Origin: an uncultured Chloroflexia bacterium | Lineage (GTDB): Bacteria; Chloroflexota; Limnocylindria; QHBO01 | NCBI GenBank assembly: GCA_963797855.1 | Contig: CAWCQX010000009.1 | Coordinates: 52,162-116,161, forward strand | Direction of reading: 5' to 3' | Length of the DNA stretch: 64,000 nucleotides | Part shown: positions 1 through 9,009 of the stretch, one piece after another | Layout: every line of letters begins with the position of its first letter | Numbering within the stretch: the first letter of the stretch is position 1 | Translations under genes and position numbers: made by a program | Notes under the pieces: generated by a model | What the model saw: the letters and a program-made list of their open reading frames with translations, nothing else | Told to the model about the DNA's origin: nothing | Database searches by the model: none

Positions 1-963
1 CTAGTAGACGGGGGTGAGCCAGTCGCGGTAGGCGGGCAGGCGCCCGCGCACCGCGTCGAAGTAGGCGCGCGACAGCTCGCGGGTGATCGGGCCGGGCCGG
101 CCGGAGCCGATCGTCCGACGGTCGATCTCGATCACCGGACTGATCTGGGCGCCGGTGCCGCACAGGAACACCTCGTCGGCCCCGTACAGCTCGGTGCGAT
201 CGATGGAACGGATGTTGACCTCGACGCCGAGGTCGTCCCGGGCCATCTCCATCAGACGCCCCCGCGTGATGCCCTCCAGGATGTTGTCGGTCACCGGCGG
301 CGTGATCAGGACGCCGTCCTTGACGATGAACAGGTTCTCGGCGCTGCCCTCGCTCACGTGGCCGTCCGCGGTCAGCACGATCGCCTCGTCGAACCCGTTG
401 AGCTGCGCCTCGCTCTTGGCGAGCGCTCCGTTCACGTAGGCGCCGGTGATCTTGCCGCGCGCCGGGATCGCGTTGTCATCGGTCCGGCGCCAGGTGCTGA
501 CCTGGGCCCGGATGCCCCCCTCGGTGTCGATGTATTGCCCGAACGGGACGCCGAAGATCGTGATGTCGGCATCGAGGTTGTGGAGTCGCACGCCGATCGA
601 TTCGGAGCTCTTGTAGACGATCGGCCGGATGTAGACATCCTCCCGCAGCCCATCACGACGAAGGAGCTCGACGGTGATCTCGGCGAGCTCCTCGGGCGAC
701 TGGCGGACCTCCATCATCAGGAGGCCGGCGGACGCATGAATCCGCTTGTAGTGCGGTACGAGCTCGAGGCCGAAGAGCTGTTCCTCCTCCGCGTTCCAGT
801 ACGCGCGGACGCCCTCGAACACGGCGGTGCCGTAGTTGAAGCCGTGGGTCATCACGTTGATGTTCGCGTCGCGCAGCGGCACGAATTCGCCACGGAAGAA
901 CGCCCACAGCTCGGTGGTGGTCTCCACCGCCGCTGCCTGGGGTCTGCTCTCCTGCTTCAGCAC
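1..963 (-). CDS. ilvE: branched-chain amino acid aminotransferase
   Basis: Intact 320-aa ORF. Translation shows class-IV aminotransferase motifs typical of IlvE (MTHGFNYGTAVFEG... ILEGITR). Stop at window start. Confidence 0.88.
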   Translation of the reverse strand: MLKQESRPQAAAVETTTELWAFFRGEFVPLRDANINVMTHGFNYGTAVFEGVRAYWNAEEEQLFGLELVPHYKRIHASAGLLMMEVRQSPEELAEITVELLRRDGLREDVYIRPIVYKSSESIGVRLHNLDADITIFGVPFGQYIDTEGGIRAQVSTWRRTDDNAIPARGKITGAYVNGALAKSEAQLNGFDEAIVLTADGHVSEGSAENLFIVKDGVLITPPVTDNILEGITRGRLMEMARDDLGVEVNIRSIDRTELYGADEVFLCGTGAQISPVIEIDRRTIGSGRPGPITRELSRAYFDAVRGRLPAYRDWLTPVY

Positions 964-1088
964 GTTGCCTCCTCACCAGTTCGCCATTGAGCGGCCGTCG
1001 CCCGTGGGCCACGGCCGACTGCTCAAGCGCAAGAAGTATACCCACCGGACGGCTTCCGGACGCTCGCCGGCGCCGTCCGGTTGCGGAA

Positions 1089-2210
1089 TCAGTGGCCGGC
1101 AGCGCCCGCCCCGAGCGGCGTGAACAGGGCCAGGTAGACGTAGATGAGGTAGAGCGGCCCACCGATCAGGAGCGTCCACGCCGAGAGGCGGCCGGTGCGC
1201 AGCATGTTCCCGAAGATCAGGAGCGTGGCCAGGATGGCGACGCCGGCCGACGCGAAGCTGATCGCGCTCTCCTCGGTGAAGGTCCAGGTCGTGAACAGCA
1301 GCCCGAGCACGGTCGGAAGGCAGCTCTGGAAGACCATGGCGCCGGTGATGTTGCCCATCGCCAGGGTGTCCTTCGTATTGCGGACCCACAGCACGCTGTT
1401 GAACTTCTCGGGAAGCTCCGTCGCGATCGGCGCGATGATGAGCGCAAGGATCGTCGGGTCGAGGCCGATCGTGTTCGACAGGTGCTCGACGGCCCCGACG
1501 AAGACCTGCGCGCCGATGATGATCAGCGCCAGCGCCACGACGACCTGGCTGACGATGATCCGCATCCGCGGCGGCGCGCCCTCGACCTCCCAGCTGTCCT
1601 GCTCACCCGGCAGGATGTCGATGTCGAGCGTGTGCGGGCCGGCCATGCCGGGCAGCCGCGTGGCATGCAGCCGGTTCAGCGCCTCCGGATCGCCGGGCTC
1701 GGGCGCATCGGTGAAGTGCAGGCGCACGTAGACCGCGTAGATCACGATCAGCAGCGCGGCGGCAACCCACTTCAGCCAGCTCAGCTCGGCCGGGAGGAAG
1801 GCGGTGCCGATGGCGATCGAGTAGGCGACCACGAAGAAGCCAACGTCTCGCCCGAGCACGCGGACGTTGACGCGCATGCCCGTCCCCCGCCGCCCGCTGC
1901 GCGAGTAGAGGATGACGGCAACGCCGGTCACGAACATCGCCAGCGTCGAGAGCATGAATGGCGCGCCGAGGATCGCCCCGACGCCGATGGCGTGAGACGC
2001 CTCGGGATCCCCGCCGAAGATCAGCGGCCCGAGGATCGCGATGACCGGGATCAGCGTTTCGGGCATCGCGGTCGCGACGGCGGCCAGGACGCTGCCGACC
2101 GCCCCTTCCGCCAGGTTCAGCCGGTGGCCGAACCACTCGATGCTGTTCGTGAACAGCTCGGCGGCCACGAGGATGACCGCCAGCGATCCGATGAGGAGGA
2201 CGATGTCCAC
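1089..2210 (-). CDS. Ca2+/cation antiporter (CaCA, sodium/calcium exchanger family) membrane protein
   Basis: Polytopic hydrophobic ORF with two alpha-repeat-like segments (GAILGAPF..., GNITGAMVFQS). Start set at GTG 2210, preceded by an AGAGG-like SD and followed by a VDIVLLIGSLAV transmembrane segment. Confidence 0.7.
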   Translation of the reverse strand: MDIVLLIGSLAVILVAAELFTNSIEWFGHRLNLAEGAVGSVLAAVATAMPETLIPVIAILGPLIFGGDPEASHAIGVGAILGAPFMLSTLAMFVTGVAVILYSRSGRRGTGMRVNVRVLGRDVGFFVVAYSIAIGTAFLPAELSWLKWVAAALLIVIYAVYVRLHFTDAPEPGDPEALNRLHATRLPGMAGPHTLDIDILPGEQDSWEVEGAPPRMRIIVSQVVVALALIIIGAQVFVGAVEHLSNTIGLDPTILALIIAPIATELPEKFNSVLWVRNTKDTLAMGNITGAMVFQSCLPTVLGLLFTTWTFTEESAISFASAGVAILATLLIFGNMLRTGRLSAWTLLIGGPLYLIYVYLALFTPLGAGAAGH

Positions 2211-2440
2211 GGATTGACCTCTAGCCTTCGGCGTGCGCGGCTGGCGTCGGAACGCGCCGCGCTGATTGGCCGAAGGTCTCTCCAACCGACCTCGAGGGTC
2301 GGCCGACGCCACCGGGCGGAGCCAGGCTCCGCCGTCCTGACGATGAAGTCGATCAGGGGATACTCCCCCTCGGGCTGCGCGAGTGTCGCGGACGCACGAT
2401 CCGGGGTCAACTCGCCGCCGTCAGGTGCGCCCGGTCGCGC

Positions 2441-2710
2441 CTATGGGCGGAGGTGCTGTGGCGCGTACGGCAGCAGCGCCACGTGGCGCGCGCGCTTCAG
2501 CGCGGTGGTCAGCATCCGCTGGTGCCGGGCACAGGTGCCCGTCTTGCGGCGCGGCTCGATCTTCGCGCGCTCGCTCAGGTACCGGCGGAGGCGGTTGACC
2601 TCCTTGTAGTCGATGCTCTCGGCCTTGTCGACGCAGAAGTTGCAGACCTTGCGTCGACGCCGATCGCGGTAGTAGTCCGCCGCCTCGCGGCGGGATCGTG
2701 GGCTCGCCAT
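2441..2710 (-). CDS. rpsR: 30S ribosomal protein S18
   Basis: 89-aa ORF with S18 signature (KVCNFCVDK...IDYK...[11 protein letters not shown]). Confidence 0.9.
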   Translation of the reverse strand: MASPRSRREAADYYRDRRRRKVCNFCVDKAESIDYKEVNRLRRYLSERAKIEPRRKTGTCARHQRMLTTALKRARHVALLPYAPQHLRP

Positions 2711-2741
2711 GTGGGTATCGGTTCCTCTCGGTCAGTCGTTG

Positions 2742-3206
2742 TTAGAAGGGAATGTCGTCGACGTCCATCTCGGCGCCGGGTGCCGACGAGGTGGTCTCGG
2801 CGCCGCGCGGCTTCACCTGCGGCGGTGCGTCGCCGTAGGAGCCGCCCTCGCTGCCGGCGAACGAGCCCTCTTCGCGGTTCCGCCGCTCGAGGTTCACGAC
2901 GCGGGCGAAGCGCAGCTCGAGGGCCGTCCGCTTCTGGCCGTCACGTGCCTCGTACTCGCGCGCGCGAAGCTGGCCCTCGGCGTAGACCTTGTTGCCCTTG
3001 CGCAGCTGCTCGGCGAGGCGCTCCGCCTGCTGCTCCCAGACCTCGACGCCGATCCACATCGTCTCCTCGGTCCACTCGCCGTCCGCGCCGCGGCTGCGGT
3101 CGTTGACCGCCACCCGCAGGTTGGTGACCGCCTTCCCGCTGGGCGTGTAGCGCAGCTCGGGGTCGGCGCCGAGGTTGCCGATGATCATCATCTTGTTGAG
3201 TGTCAT
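2742..3206 (-). CDS. ssb: single-stranded DNA-binding protein
   Basis: 154-aa ORF. OB-fold N-terminus (MMIIGNLGADPELRYTPSGKAVTNLRVAVN), Gly-rich linker and acidic C-terminal tail DVDDIPF. Confidence 0.9.
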   Translation of the reverse strand: MTLNKMMIIGNLGADPELRYTPSGKAVTNLRVAVNDRSRGADGEWTEETMWIGVEVWEQQAERLAEQLRKGNKVYAEGQLRAREYEARDGQKRTALELRFARVVNLERRNREEGSFAGSEGGSYGDAPPQVKPRGAETTSSAPGAEMDVDDIPF

Positions 3207-3293
3207 CGCAAGCTCCTTCTCGCCGGGCCTCAGGCCTCGGCGCGCTCCTCGTCTGCCGGCTCACTGCTGGCCTCGGCGGCCACGAGCTCCGGC

Positions 3294-3746
3294 TCAGGCT
3301 GTGGCTCGGGCTCTGGCTCGGGCACCGCCTCGCCCTCGGCCTCTGCCGATGGCTCGGTCGGGAGGTCCTGGTCGTCGACCTGCATCGGCCTCGTCGCCAT
3401 CGTCCAGATCCGAGGTCGCGCGCTGCGCGACGGCGGGGGCGATCTCGTCCGCCGGGCCGCGGTCCTCGAGGACGGTCACGAGGTGGCGGAGGATCTCCTC
3501 GCTGATGAGGAGGCCGCGCTCGATCTCGCGCACCTGGGACGGCTCGATATCGAAGTGAATGAGGAAATAGCTCGCCTCGCGGTGCCGGCCGATGTCGTAC
3601 GCCAGGCGGCGCTTGCCCCACGGCGAGACCTTGCTGAGGCTGCCACCGCCGTTGACGATGGCGCGCGTGACCTTCTCGACCGCCGCCTGGAGCTTGTCGT
3701 CCTCCAGGTCCGGCCGAAGCAGGAGCATGAGTTCGTAACGGCGCAT
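3294..3746 (-). CDS. rpsF: 30S ribosomal protein S6
   Basis: N-terminus MRRYELMLLLRPDLEDD...FLIHFD is typical S6, with a long Arg/Gly/Asp-rich tail. First gene of the rpsF-ssb-rpsR operon. Confidence 0.85.
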   Translation of the reverse strand: MRRYELMLLLRPDLEDDKLQAAVEKVTRAIVNGGGSLSKVSPWGKRRLAYDIGRHREASYFLIHFDIEPSQVREIERGLLISEEILRHLVTVLEDRGPADEIAPAVAQRATSDLDDGDEADAGRRPGPPDRAIGRGRGRGGARARARATA

Positions 3747-3959
3747 CAGTTGCCGTCGACCTCCTCTCTATGGGTTTGCGACGCTCCGCGCTGGCGCGCT
3801 GGAACGCGGCAGAAAGGGGTTCTGCTGTGAACATGAACCACGCCTCCGCGACGGGGAGGCGCGCGCAGAGTATAGCCCGTCCCAGGTCGCACCGGCAACG
3901 CCAGGCCGACCCGCCCGTATACTGACGCCCGAATTCCCTCGACCGATCCGAGTACTCCG

Positions 3960-5170
3960 ATGCGCCCGAAAGCCAACACGATTCTCATCTGCGCCCGTGG
4001 CAAGGAGCTCCGCACGGAGCTCGAGGAGGCGCTCGTCGACGCCGGCCACAAGGTCGCCTCGGTGACGACCCCGGCCGATGCGGTTGCCACGATGCGCAAG
4101 GACCCGATCGACCTGATCGTGGCCGAAGGGCTTGCCGCGTCCGGCGCCATCGCCTCGCTGCGAACCGCCGCTGAAGGCCGGATCACGCCGATCCTCGTCG
4201 TCGCGCCGGCTCATGACGTCGAGGCCCGCATCGCGTTCCTGGAGGCGGGCGCCGATGACGTGATCTCCGGTGGCTTCGAGCCGACCGAGCTGTCCGGCCG
4301 GGTCACGGCGCTCCTCATCCGGACCGGTCGGATCGCCGCCGACCTCGGAGCCCATCCCGGAACCGGTGAGATCGTCGCGTTCTTCAGCCCGAAGGGCGGA
4401 GTCGGCACGACGACCCTCGCCGTCAACACCGCGGTGCTCCTGGCCGGGGGCGCCGGAGCGAAGGCGCGGGCGCCCGCCCAGCCGACGAACGGGGTGCTCC
4501 CGTCGTCTCGCGTCCTGCTGATCGACCTCGACCTCCAGTTCGGGCAGGTCGCCACCCACCTGAACCTCATGCCGCGCTACGACGTCGCCGGACTCGCCAG
4601 TGACGATGCCATCGCTGGCCGATCCCGAGCTGGCGCGAACCTACCTCACGACCCACAGCTCCGGGCTCAACGTGCTCGCGGCCCCCGCCCGTCCGGAGGC
4701 CGACTTCCGGGTCACCCTCGAGCACCTCCAGCGCATCATCGAGATCATGCAGCCGTCGTTCGACCACATCCTGGTCGACCTCGGCAGCCGCCTCGACCCG
4801 CGCAGCCTCTGGCTCCTCGAGCAGGCCAACGCGCACGTCGTTCGTCCTCTTCCCGGAGATCGCGGCGCTCCGCGCGATGAGCCTGCTCATGGCGTTCCTG
4901 GCCGACACGACCCCGCTCCGCGCGCGGACGCTCCTGGTCATCAACCACGTCTTCCCGAAGGAGCTGCTGAAGACCCGCGACGTCGAGAACCTCCTGCGCG
5001 CGAAGCCCGCAGCGGAGGTGCCCTACACCGAGGTCGAGATGATCCGATCGGTGAACGAGGGCGTGCCGCTCGTGATGAGCCGGCCATCGACGCCGGCGGC
5101 GCTCGCGATGCGCCGGCTCGCGCAGGCCGTCATCGGCATCGAGCAGCCCGAGGTCGGTGACCAAGCAGGA
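3960..5170 (+). CDS. response-regulator receiver domain fused to CpaE/ParA-family P-loop ATPase (Flp-pilus assembly CpaE-like); frameshifted
   Basis: N-terminal REC-like domain (ILICARGKEL...IDLIVAEG), then a deviant Walker A (FFSPKGGVGTTTLAVN) and ParA/MinD-like motifs. Reconstruction needs three reading frames (3960-4590, about 4590-4860, about 4860-5170), i.e. two frame changes. End is uncertain and the ORF runs into tRNA-Leu. Confidence 0.55.
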
Positions 5171-5208
5171 GCGGCGCCGGATCTTCGGTCGCCGCTAGCG
5201 CGAAGGAC

Positions 5209-5292
5209 TGGTGCCGGAGGAGGGATTCGAACCCCCACGCCTTGCGGCCGCCGGGTTTAAGCCGGCTGCGTCTGCCATTCCGCCACTCCGGC
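5209..5292 (-). tRNA. tRNA-Leu (anticodon TAA)
   Basis: Reverse complement folds as a class-II tRNA: acceptor GCCGGAG/CTCCGGC, anticodon loop CTTAAAC, long variable arm, T-loop TTCGAAT, encoded CCA. Confidence 0.85.
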
Positions 5293-5311
5293 CCGCCGGC
5301 GCTGGGAAAGG

Positions 5312-5398
5312 TGGAGGCGACGACGGCGAGTCGAACCCGCGTACGCGGTTCTGCGCAGTCGACCTCCGGAACGTGCGCCACTGTACGCGATCGTCCGC
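5312..5398 (-). pseudogene. degenerate tRNA-Cys-like copy (tRNA remnant / pseudo-tRNA)
   Basis: The first roughly 45 nt (tggaggcgacgacgg...tcgaacccg...gtacgcggtt) match the 3' half of tRNA-Cys at 5804-5878 with a few substitutions. The remainder has diverged with indels. I could not fold a canonical cloverleaf, and the T-stem does not pair. Confidence 0.4.
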
Positions 5399-5618
5399 GA
5401 TTCGTGCCTAATCCGGGCTCGTCTAGCCGTCGCGTCCGTCGGCGTTGCTTCCATTCCGTACGACTAGCAGCCACGGGCTCTGCTGCACCGTCGAGGTCGC
5501 AAGGCGTCGGAATTAAGTAATGCCCCAGGCTGAGAATAGGGCGCTGTCCCGATGTTCGGTCTGGAGCTTCGACGGATCCTTCCGCTATCGAACCTGGTAC
5601 ATCGGAAGGGAGACGAGA

Positions 5619-5792
5619 ATGACACGCCGGATGGAGCGAGCGGAGCTGCTGAATCAGCTTTGCGATCTCCGTGACGCCTACAAGCGACGAGGCCCCGAGG
5701 ATCGGGAGGCATCGGTCACGATGGAGAGCCTGCTCGATCATCTGGCGAAGATCTGGGATCACGCGCAGGTGGCGTCCGAGCTGAGCGCGTGA
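5619..5792 (+). CDS. hypothetical small protein (57 aa) lying between the tRNA-Cys remnant and tRNA-Cys
   Basis: ATG preceded by GGAAGGGAGA SD-like sequence. Lies in a locally lower-GC roughly 400-bp segment. No recognisable domain. Confidence 0.3.
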   Translation: MTRRMERAELLNQLCDLRDAYKRRGPEDREASVTMESLLDHLAKIWDHAQVASELSA

Positions 5793-5803
5793 CCCTGAAA
5801 GTG

Positions 5804-5878
5804 TGGAGGCGACGACGGGAATCGAACCCGTGTACGCGGTTTTGCAGACCGCTCCCTGAACCACTCGGGCACGTCGCC
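5804..5878 (-). tRNA. tRNA-Cys (anticodon GCA)
   Basis: Reverse complement: acceptor GGCGACG, anticodon stem GCGGT/ACCGC with loop CTGCAAA, T-arm ACGGG-TTCGATT-CCCGT, CCA encoded. Confidence 0.88.
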
Positions 5879-5893
5879 ACCGGTCGAATCTGC

Positions 5894-5967
5894 TGGCTGC
5901 CCCGCGAGGATTCGAACCTCGGTTAACGGATCCAAAGTCCGCTGTCCTACCACTAGACGACGGGGCA
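5894..5967 (-). tRNA. tRNA-Gln (anticodon TTG)
   Basis: Reverse complement TGCCCCGTCGTCTAGTGGTAGGACAGCGGACTTTGGATCCG...GGTTCGAATCC...CCA. Anticodon loop CTTTGGA. Confidence 0.85.
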
Positions 5968-6025
5968 CCGATCCGGGCCTCACGCTAGCAGGTCATGCCT
6001 TGGCGCAACCAGCCGGACAAGAAAA

Positions 6026-6101
6026 TGGAGCGGAAGACGGGACTCGAACCCGCGACCCTCACCTTGGCAAGGTGATGCTCTACCAACTGAGCCACTTCCG
6101 C
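6026..6101 (-). tRNA. tRNA-Gly (anticodon GCC)
   Basis: Reverse complement GCGGAAGTGGCTCAGTTGGTAGAGC...TCACC-TTGCCAA-GGTGA...GGGTTCGAGTCCC...CCA. Confidence 0.9.
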
Positions 6102-6138
6102 CCGCTTGTCCGCCCGATTCTACCCGGACCGCGTGAGG

Positions 6139-6214
6139 TGGTGCCGAGGGCCAGGATCGAACTGGCGACACCTGGATTTTCAGTCCAGTGCTCTACCGAC
6201 TGAGCTACCTCGGC
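6139..6214 (-). tRNA. tRNA-Phe (anticodon GAA)
   Basis: Reverse complement GCCGAGGTAGCTCAGTCGGTAGAGC...CTGGA-CTGAAAA-TCCAG...GTTCGATCC...CCA. Confidence 0.9.
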
Positions 6215-6270
6215 TCACGGGTCCGTCGGGCGGTGCGAAGGATACCGACGGCGCTCGGCGGTCGCAACTT

Positions 6271-6754
6271 TCAGGGCGCCAGCGGCAGCTCGAGGTCCAG
6301 CTCGTCCCGCATCGGGATGTCGTAGGCGCCGGTCGCCGGCAGGTCGGGCTTCATGGTGCGTCGCGCCTCGACGACGGCGCCGGCGCGGAGCGCGACTGAG
6401 CTGGAAACCGCGCCGCTGGTAGAACCGCAGAGCATCGAGGTTGTCGTTCGTCGTCGTCAGCCAGACCCGCCGGCTGCCGGCATCGCGAGCGACCTCGATC
6501 ACCCGCTCGAGCAGGCGGGAGCCGATCCCGATGCGCCGCGGCTCCGCGGCGATGGCCACGAGCTCGCAGCCATCTGGACCGATCCGATACGCCGCATGGC
6601 CGGCGATCCGGTCTCCGTCCATCGCCACGAACCCCGGCAGCTCGGCCGGTCGGATCCGCTCCCCGTGCGCGACGACGAAGTCCGCGTGCCACGTGTCGAT
6701 CACATGGATGCGCAGCCGATCCGCCGGCACGTCCGCGGCGGGCAGGATCTCCAT
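6271..6754 (-). CDS. GNAT family N-acetyltransferase (probable frameshift near the C-terminus)
   Basis: Acetyl-CoA binding motif (RRIGIGSRLLERVIEVARDAG...LTTTNDNLDALRFYQRRGFQ). In the annotated frame the ORF runs on through tRNA-Phe, which is implausible. A shift of 1 nt near 6390 gives a natural stop at 6271. Confidence 0.55.
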
Positions 6755-6759
6755 CGGCC

Positions 6760-7732
6760 CTAGCGGGTCGTGCCCATCTGGCCGGCGATCGCCTCGAGGG
6801 CGCGGATCCGCTCACCGATCGGCGGATGGGTGTCCCACAGCGACTTCGCCCGCTCCTCGAACGACTTGATCGGGTTGACGATGTAGAGGTGCTGCGTCGC
6901 GCGGTTGGCGACCTCGAGCACCTCCTGGTCGTCGCTGATCGTGCGGAGGGCGCGCGCGAGGCCGACGGGGTTGCGCGTCATCTCGACGGCGGTCGCATCG
7001 GCCAGTGACTCGCGCGACCGGCTGACGGCGGCCTGGATGAGGCGCCCGATCAGCGGGGCGACGATCGCGAGGATCAGGGCGAGGGCGAAGATCAGCGCCG
7101 CGGCTCCCCCGCCACCGCGGTCCGAGTCGCTGCTCGACGAGCGGCGGCCGCCGCCCCAGTACGTGAATCGCAGGAACCAGTCGGCCAGCAGCGCGATCGC
7201 TCCGACCAGCACGCCGACGAGGAGCGTGAAGCGGATGTCGAGGTTGCCGATGTGGCTCATCTCGTGCCCGATGACGCCCTGGAGCTCCTCGCGATCGAGC
7301 TTGTCGAGCAGGCCGCTCGTGACCGCCACGCTCGCGTGCTCCGGGTCCCTCCCGGTGGCGAAGGCGTTCGGCGCCGAGTCGTCGATGAGCCACAGCCGCG
7401 GGGGCGGCAGGCCGCCCGCCAGGCGCATCTCCTCGACGACGTTGACGAGCTGCCCGAAGCGCTCCGGTGGATTCGCGCGGTCGATCTCGCGCGCCCCGCT
7501 GGTCGCCATCACGAGCGCGTCGCCCGCGAACCAGGAACCGATGCTCATCACGACCGCGATGACCACGCGCCAGCACGAGCCCGCCCCAGCCGAAGCCGGT
7601 CGCATACCCGACCGCGCCCCCGAGCAGTCCGAGAACGACGATCACCACCGCCACGAGCAGCCAGCTCCGGCGGCGGTTGCGGTCGATCTCGCGATAGAAG
7701 GTGGTCGGCGTCAGGCGCGCCGAGGCGCTCAT
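6760..7732 (-). CDS. htpX: zinc metalloprotease HtpX (peptidase M48); one frameshift about 7560
   Basis: HEMSH zinc motif (GVIGHEMSHIGNLD), two N-terminal TM helices, C-terminal ...THPPIGERIRAL. N-terminal 55 aa are in the frame of ORF 6812-7732 and the rest in frame 6760-7605. Confidence 0.75.
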
Positions 7733-7742
7733 CGGCGGCCGA

Positions 7743-8321
7743 TCACGTCGTGCGCAGGTTCACCTCGGGAACCGCCGTGTCCGCCTCCTCGATCTGGAAG
7801 TAGTCGCGCTCGCGGAAGCCGAACATCGCGGCGATGAGCACGGTCGGGAAGGTCTGGACCGAGGTGTTGAACTCGCGGACCGAGGCGTTGTAGTGCTGCC
7901 GGCTGAAGCCGATCTGGTTCTCCGTCGTCGTCAGCTCCTCCTGCAGCTCGAGGACGTTCTGGTTCGCCTTGAGCTCGGGGTAGTTCTCGACGAGGGCGAA
8001 CAGCTGACGCAGCGCGCCGGTGAGGAAGTTCTCGGCCTGGGCCGCCTGTCCCGCGTTGGCCGGCCCGGCCTGCTGGGCGGTGACGGCGGCGCTCCGAGCC
8101 TCGATGACCCGCGTCAGGGTCTCCTGCTCGAAGTCCATGTAGCCCTTGACCGCGTTGACGAGGTTCGGGATCAGGTCATGCCGGCGCTTGAGCTGGACGC
8201 TGATCTGGTTCCACGCCTCGTCGACCATGTTCCGCAGCCGGACGAGGCCGTTGTACGTGAAGATCAGGAAGACGACGATGACCGCGACGGCGATCAGCAG
8301 GATGATCAGCCAGAGGGGCAT
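7743..8321 (-). CDS. lemA: LemA family protein
   Basis: N-terminal TM (MPLWLIILLIAVAVIVVFLIF) followed by the LemA fold (YNGLVRLRNMVDEAWNQISVQLKRR...). Start chosen at the ATG preceded by GAGGAG. Classic lemA-htpX pairing. Confidence 0.8.
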   Translation of the reverse strand: MPLWLIILLIAVAVIVVFLIFTYNGLVRLRNMVDEAWNQISVQLKRRHDLIPNLVNAVKGYMDFEQETLTRVIEARSAAVTAQQAGPANAGQAAQAENFLTGALRQLFALVENYPELKANQNVLELQEELTTTENQIGFSRQHYNASVREFNTSVQTFPTVLIAAMFGFRERDYFQIEEADTAVPEVNLRTT

Positions 8322-8374
8322 GTGGGGTGCTCCTCGCTCGGTGATTGACGCGGGCATCGTACCAGCCGACCGAG

Positions 8375-8451
8375 TGGTGGGCGGTGAGGGGCTCGAACCC
8401 CCGACCTCCTCGGTGTAAACGAGGTGCTCTGACCAGCTGAGCTAACCGCCC
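8375..8451 (-). tRNA. tRNA-Val (anticodon TAC)
   Basis: Reverse complement GGGCGGTTAGCTCAGCTGGTCAGAGC...CCTCG-TTTACAC-CGAGG...GGTTCGAGCCC...CCA. Confidence 0.88.
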
Positions 8452-8532
8452 GCGGCATGGTAGTCGATGGTCGCCGGACGCAGAAACGCCGCTCGCGTGC
8501 GGCGAGCGGCGCATCGGTCAGTCGAAGTGAAG

Positions 8533-8617
8533 TGGTGCCCAGGCCGGGACTTGAACCCGGATGGGTTTCCCCATACGCCCCTCAAACGTACGCGTATACC
8601 AATTCCGCCACCTGGGC
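8533..8617 (-). tRNA. tRNA-Leu (anticodon GAG)
   Basis: Class-II tRNA: acceptor GCCCAGG, D-arm GCG-GAATTGGTATA-CGC, anticodon stem TACGT/GCGTA with loop TTGAGGG, long variable arm, T-loop TTCAAGT, CCA. Confidence 0.82.
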
Positions 8618-8628
8618 CCGAACGAGCG

Positions 8629-8715
8629 TGGTACCGAGGGAGGGACTTGAACCCACACGACCTAAGGATCACTAGGTCCTGAACCTAGCGCGTCTGCCTA
8701 TTCCGCCACCTCGGC
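8629..8715 (-). tRNA. tRNA-Leu (anticodon CAG)
   Basis: Class-II tRNA: anticodon stem CTAGG/CCTAG with loop TTCAGGA, long variable arm, T-loop TTCAAGT, CCA. Confidence 0.82.
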
Positions 8716-8777
8716 ACGCACGCACCCGGAGAGACTCCGAGTTGCGCGCGATCGATGATAGCACGGCCGGCCCCGCG

Positions 8778-9000
8778 TCAGCCCTGGGGCAGCAGGTTGA
8801 GCAGGCTGAAGGCGACGAACAGGATCGGCGAGGACGATCGTCAGGCGGAAGAGCGTGCGCTCGATTCCGCGCCGGCTGCGATAGGCGGTCACCTCGCCGC
8901 CGAACGCGCCACCGAGGCCGGTGCCGCGCTGCTGGAGCAGGATCGATGCGATGAGCGCGATGGCCAGGATGATCTGCGCGATGAGGATGGCGGTTTCCAT
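8778..9000 (-). CDS. secG: preprotein translocase subunit SecG (one frameshift)
   Basis: N-terminus METAILIAQIILAIALIASILLQQRGTGLGGAFGG is canonical SecG. After ...LTIVL a 1-nt indel is required to reach the expected ILFVAFSLLNLLPQG-stop at 8778. The unshifted ORF runs into tRNA-Leu(CAG). Confidence 0.7.
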
Positions 9001-9009
9001 GGCCGGCGA

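Noticed and set aside
5312-5398. Possible selenocysteine or other unusual class-II tRNA
   Set aside because: Length (about 87 nt) suggested it, but no UCA anticodon loop, no 8/5 or 9/4 acceptor/T geometry and no pairing T-stem could be found. Its sequence tracks tRNA-Cys instead.
6351-6815. Overlapping antisense/alternate-frame ORFs within the GNAT/HtpX region (e.g. 6351-6815, 6353-6763)
   Set aside because: High-GC shadow ORFs with Arg/Ala/Pro-rich translations and no motifs. The GNAT and HtpX frames have clear family signatures.
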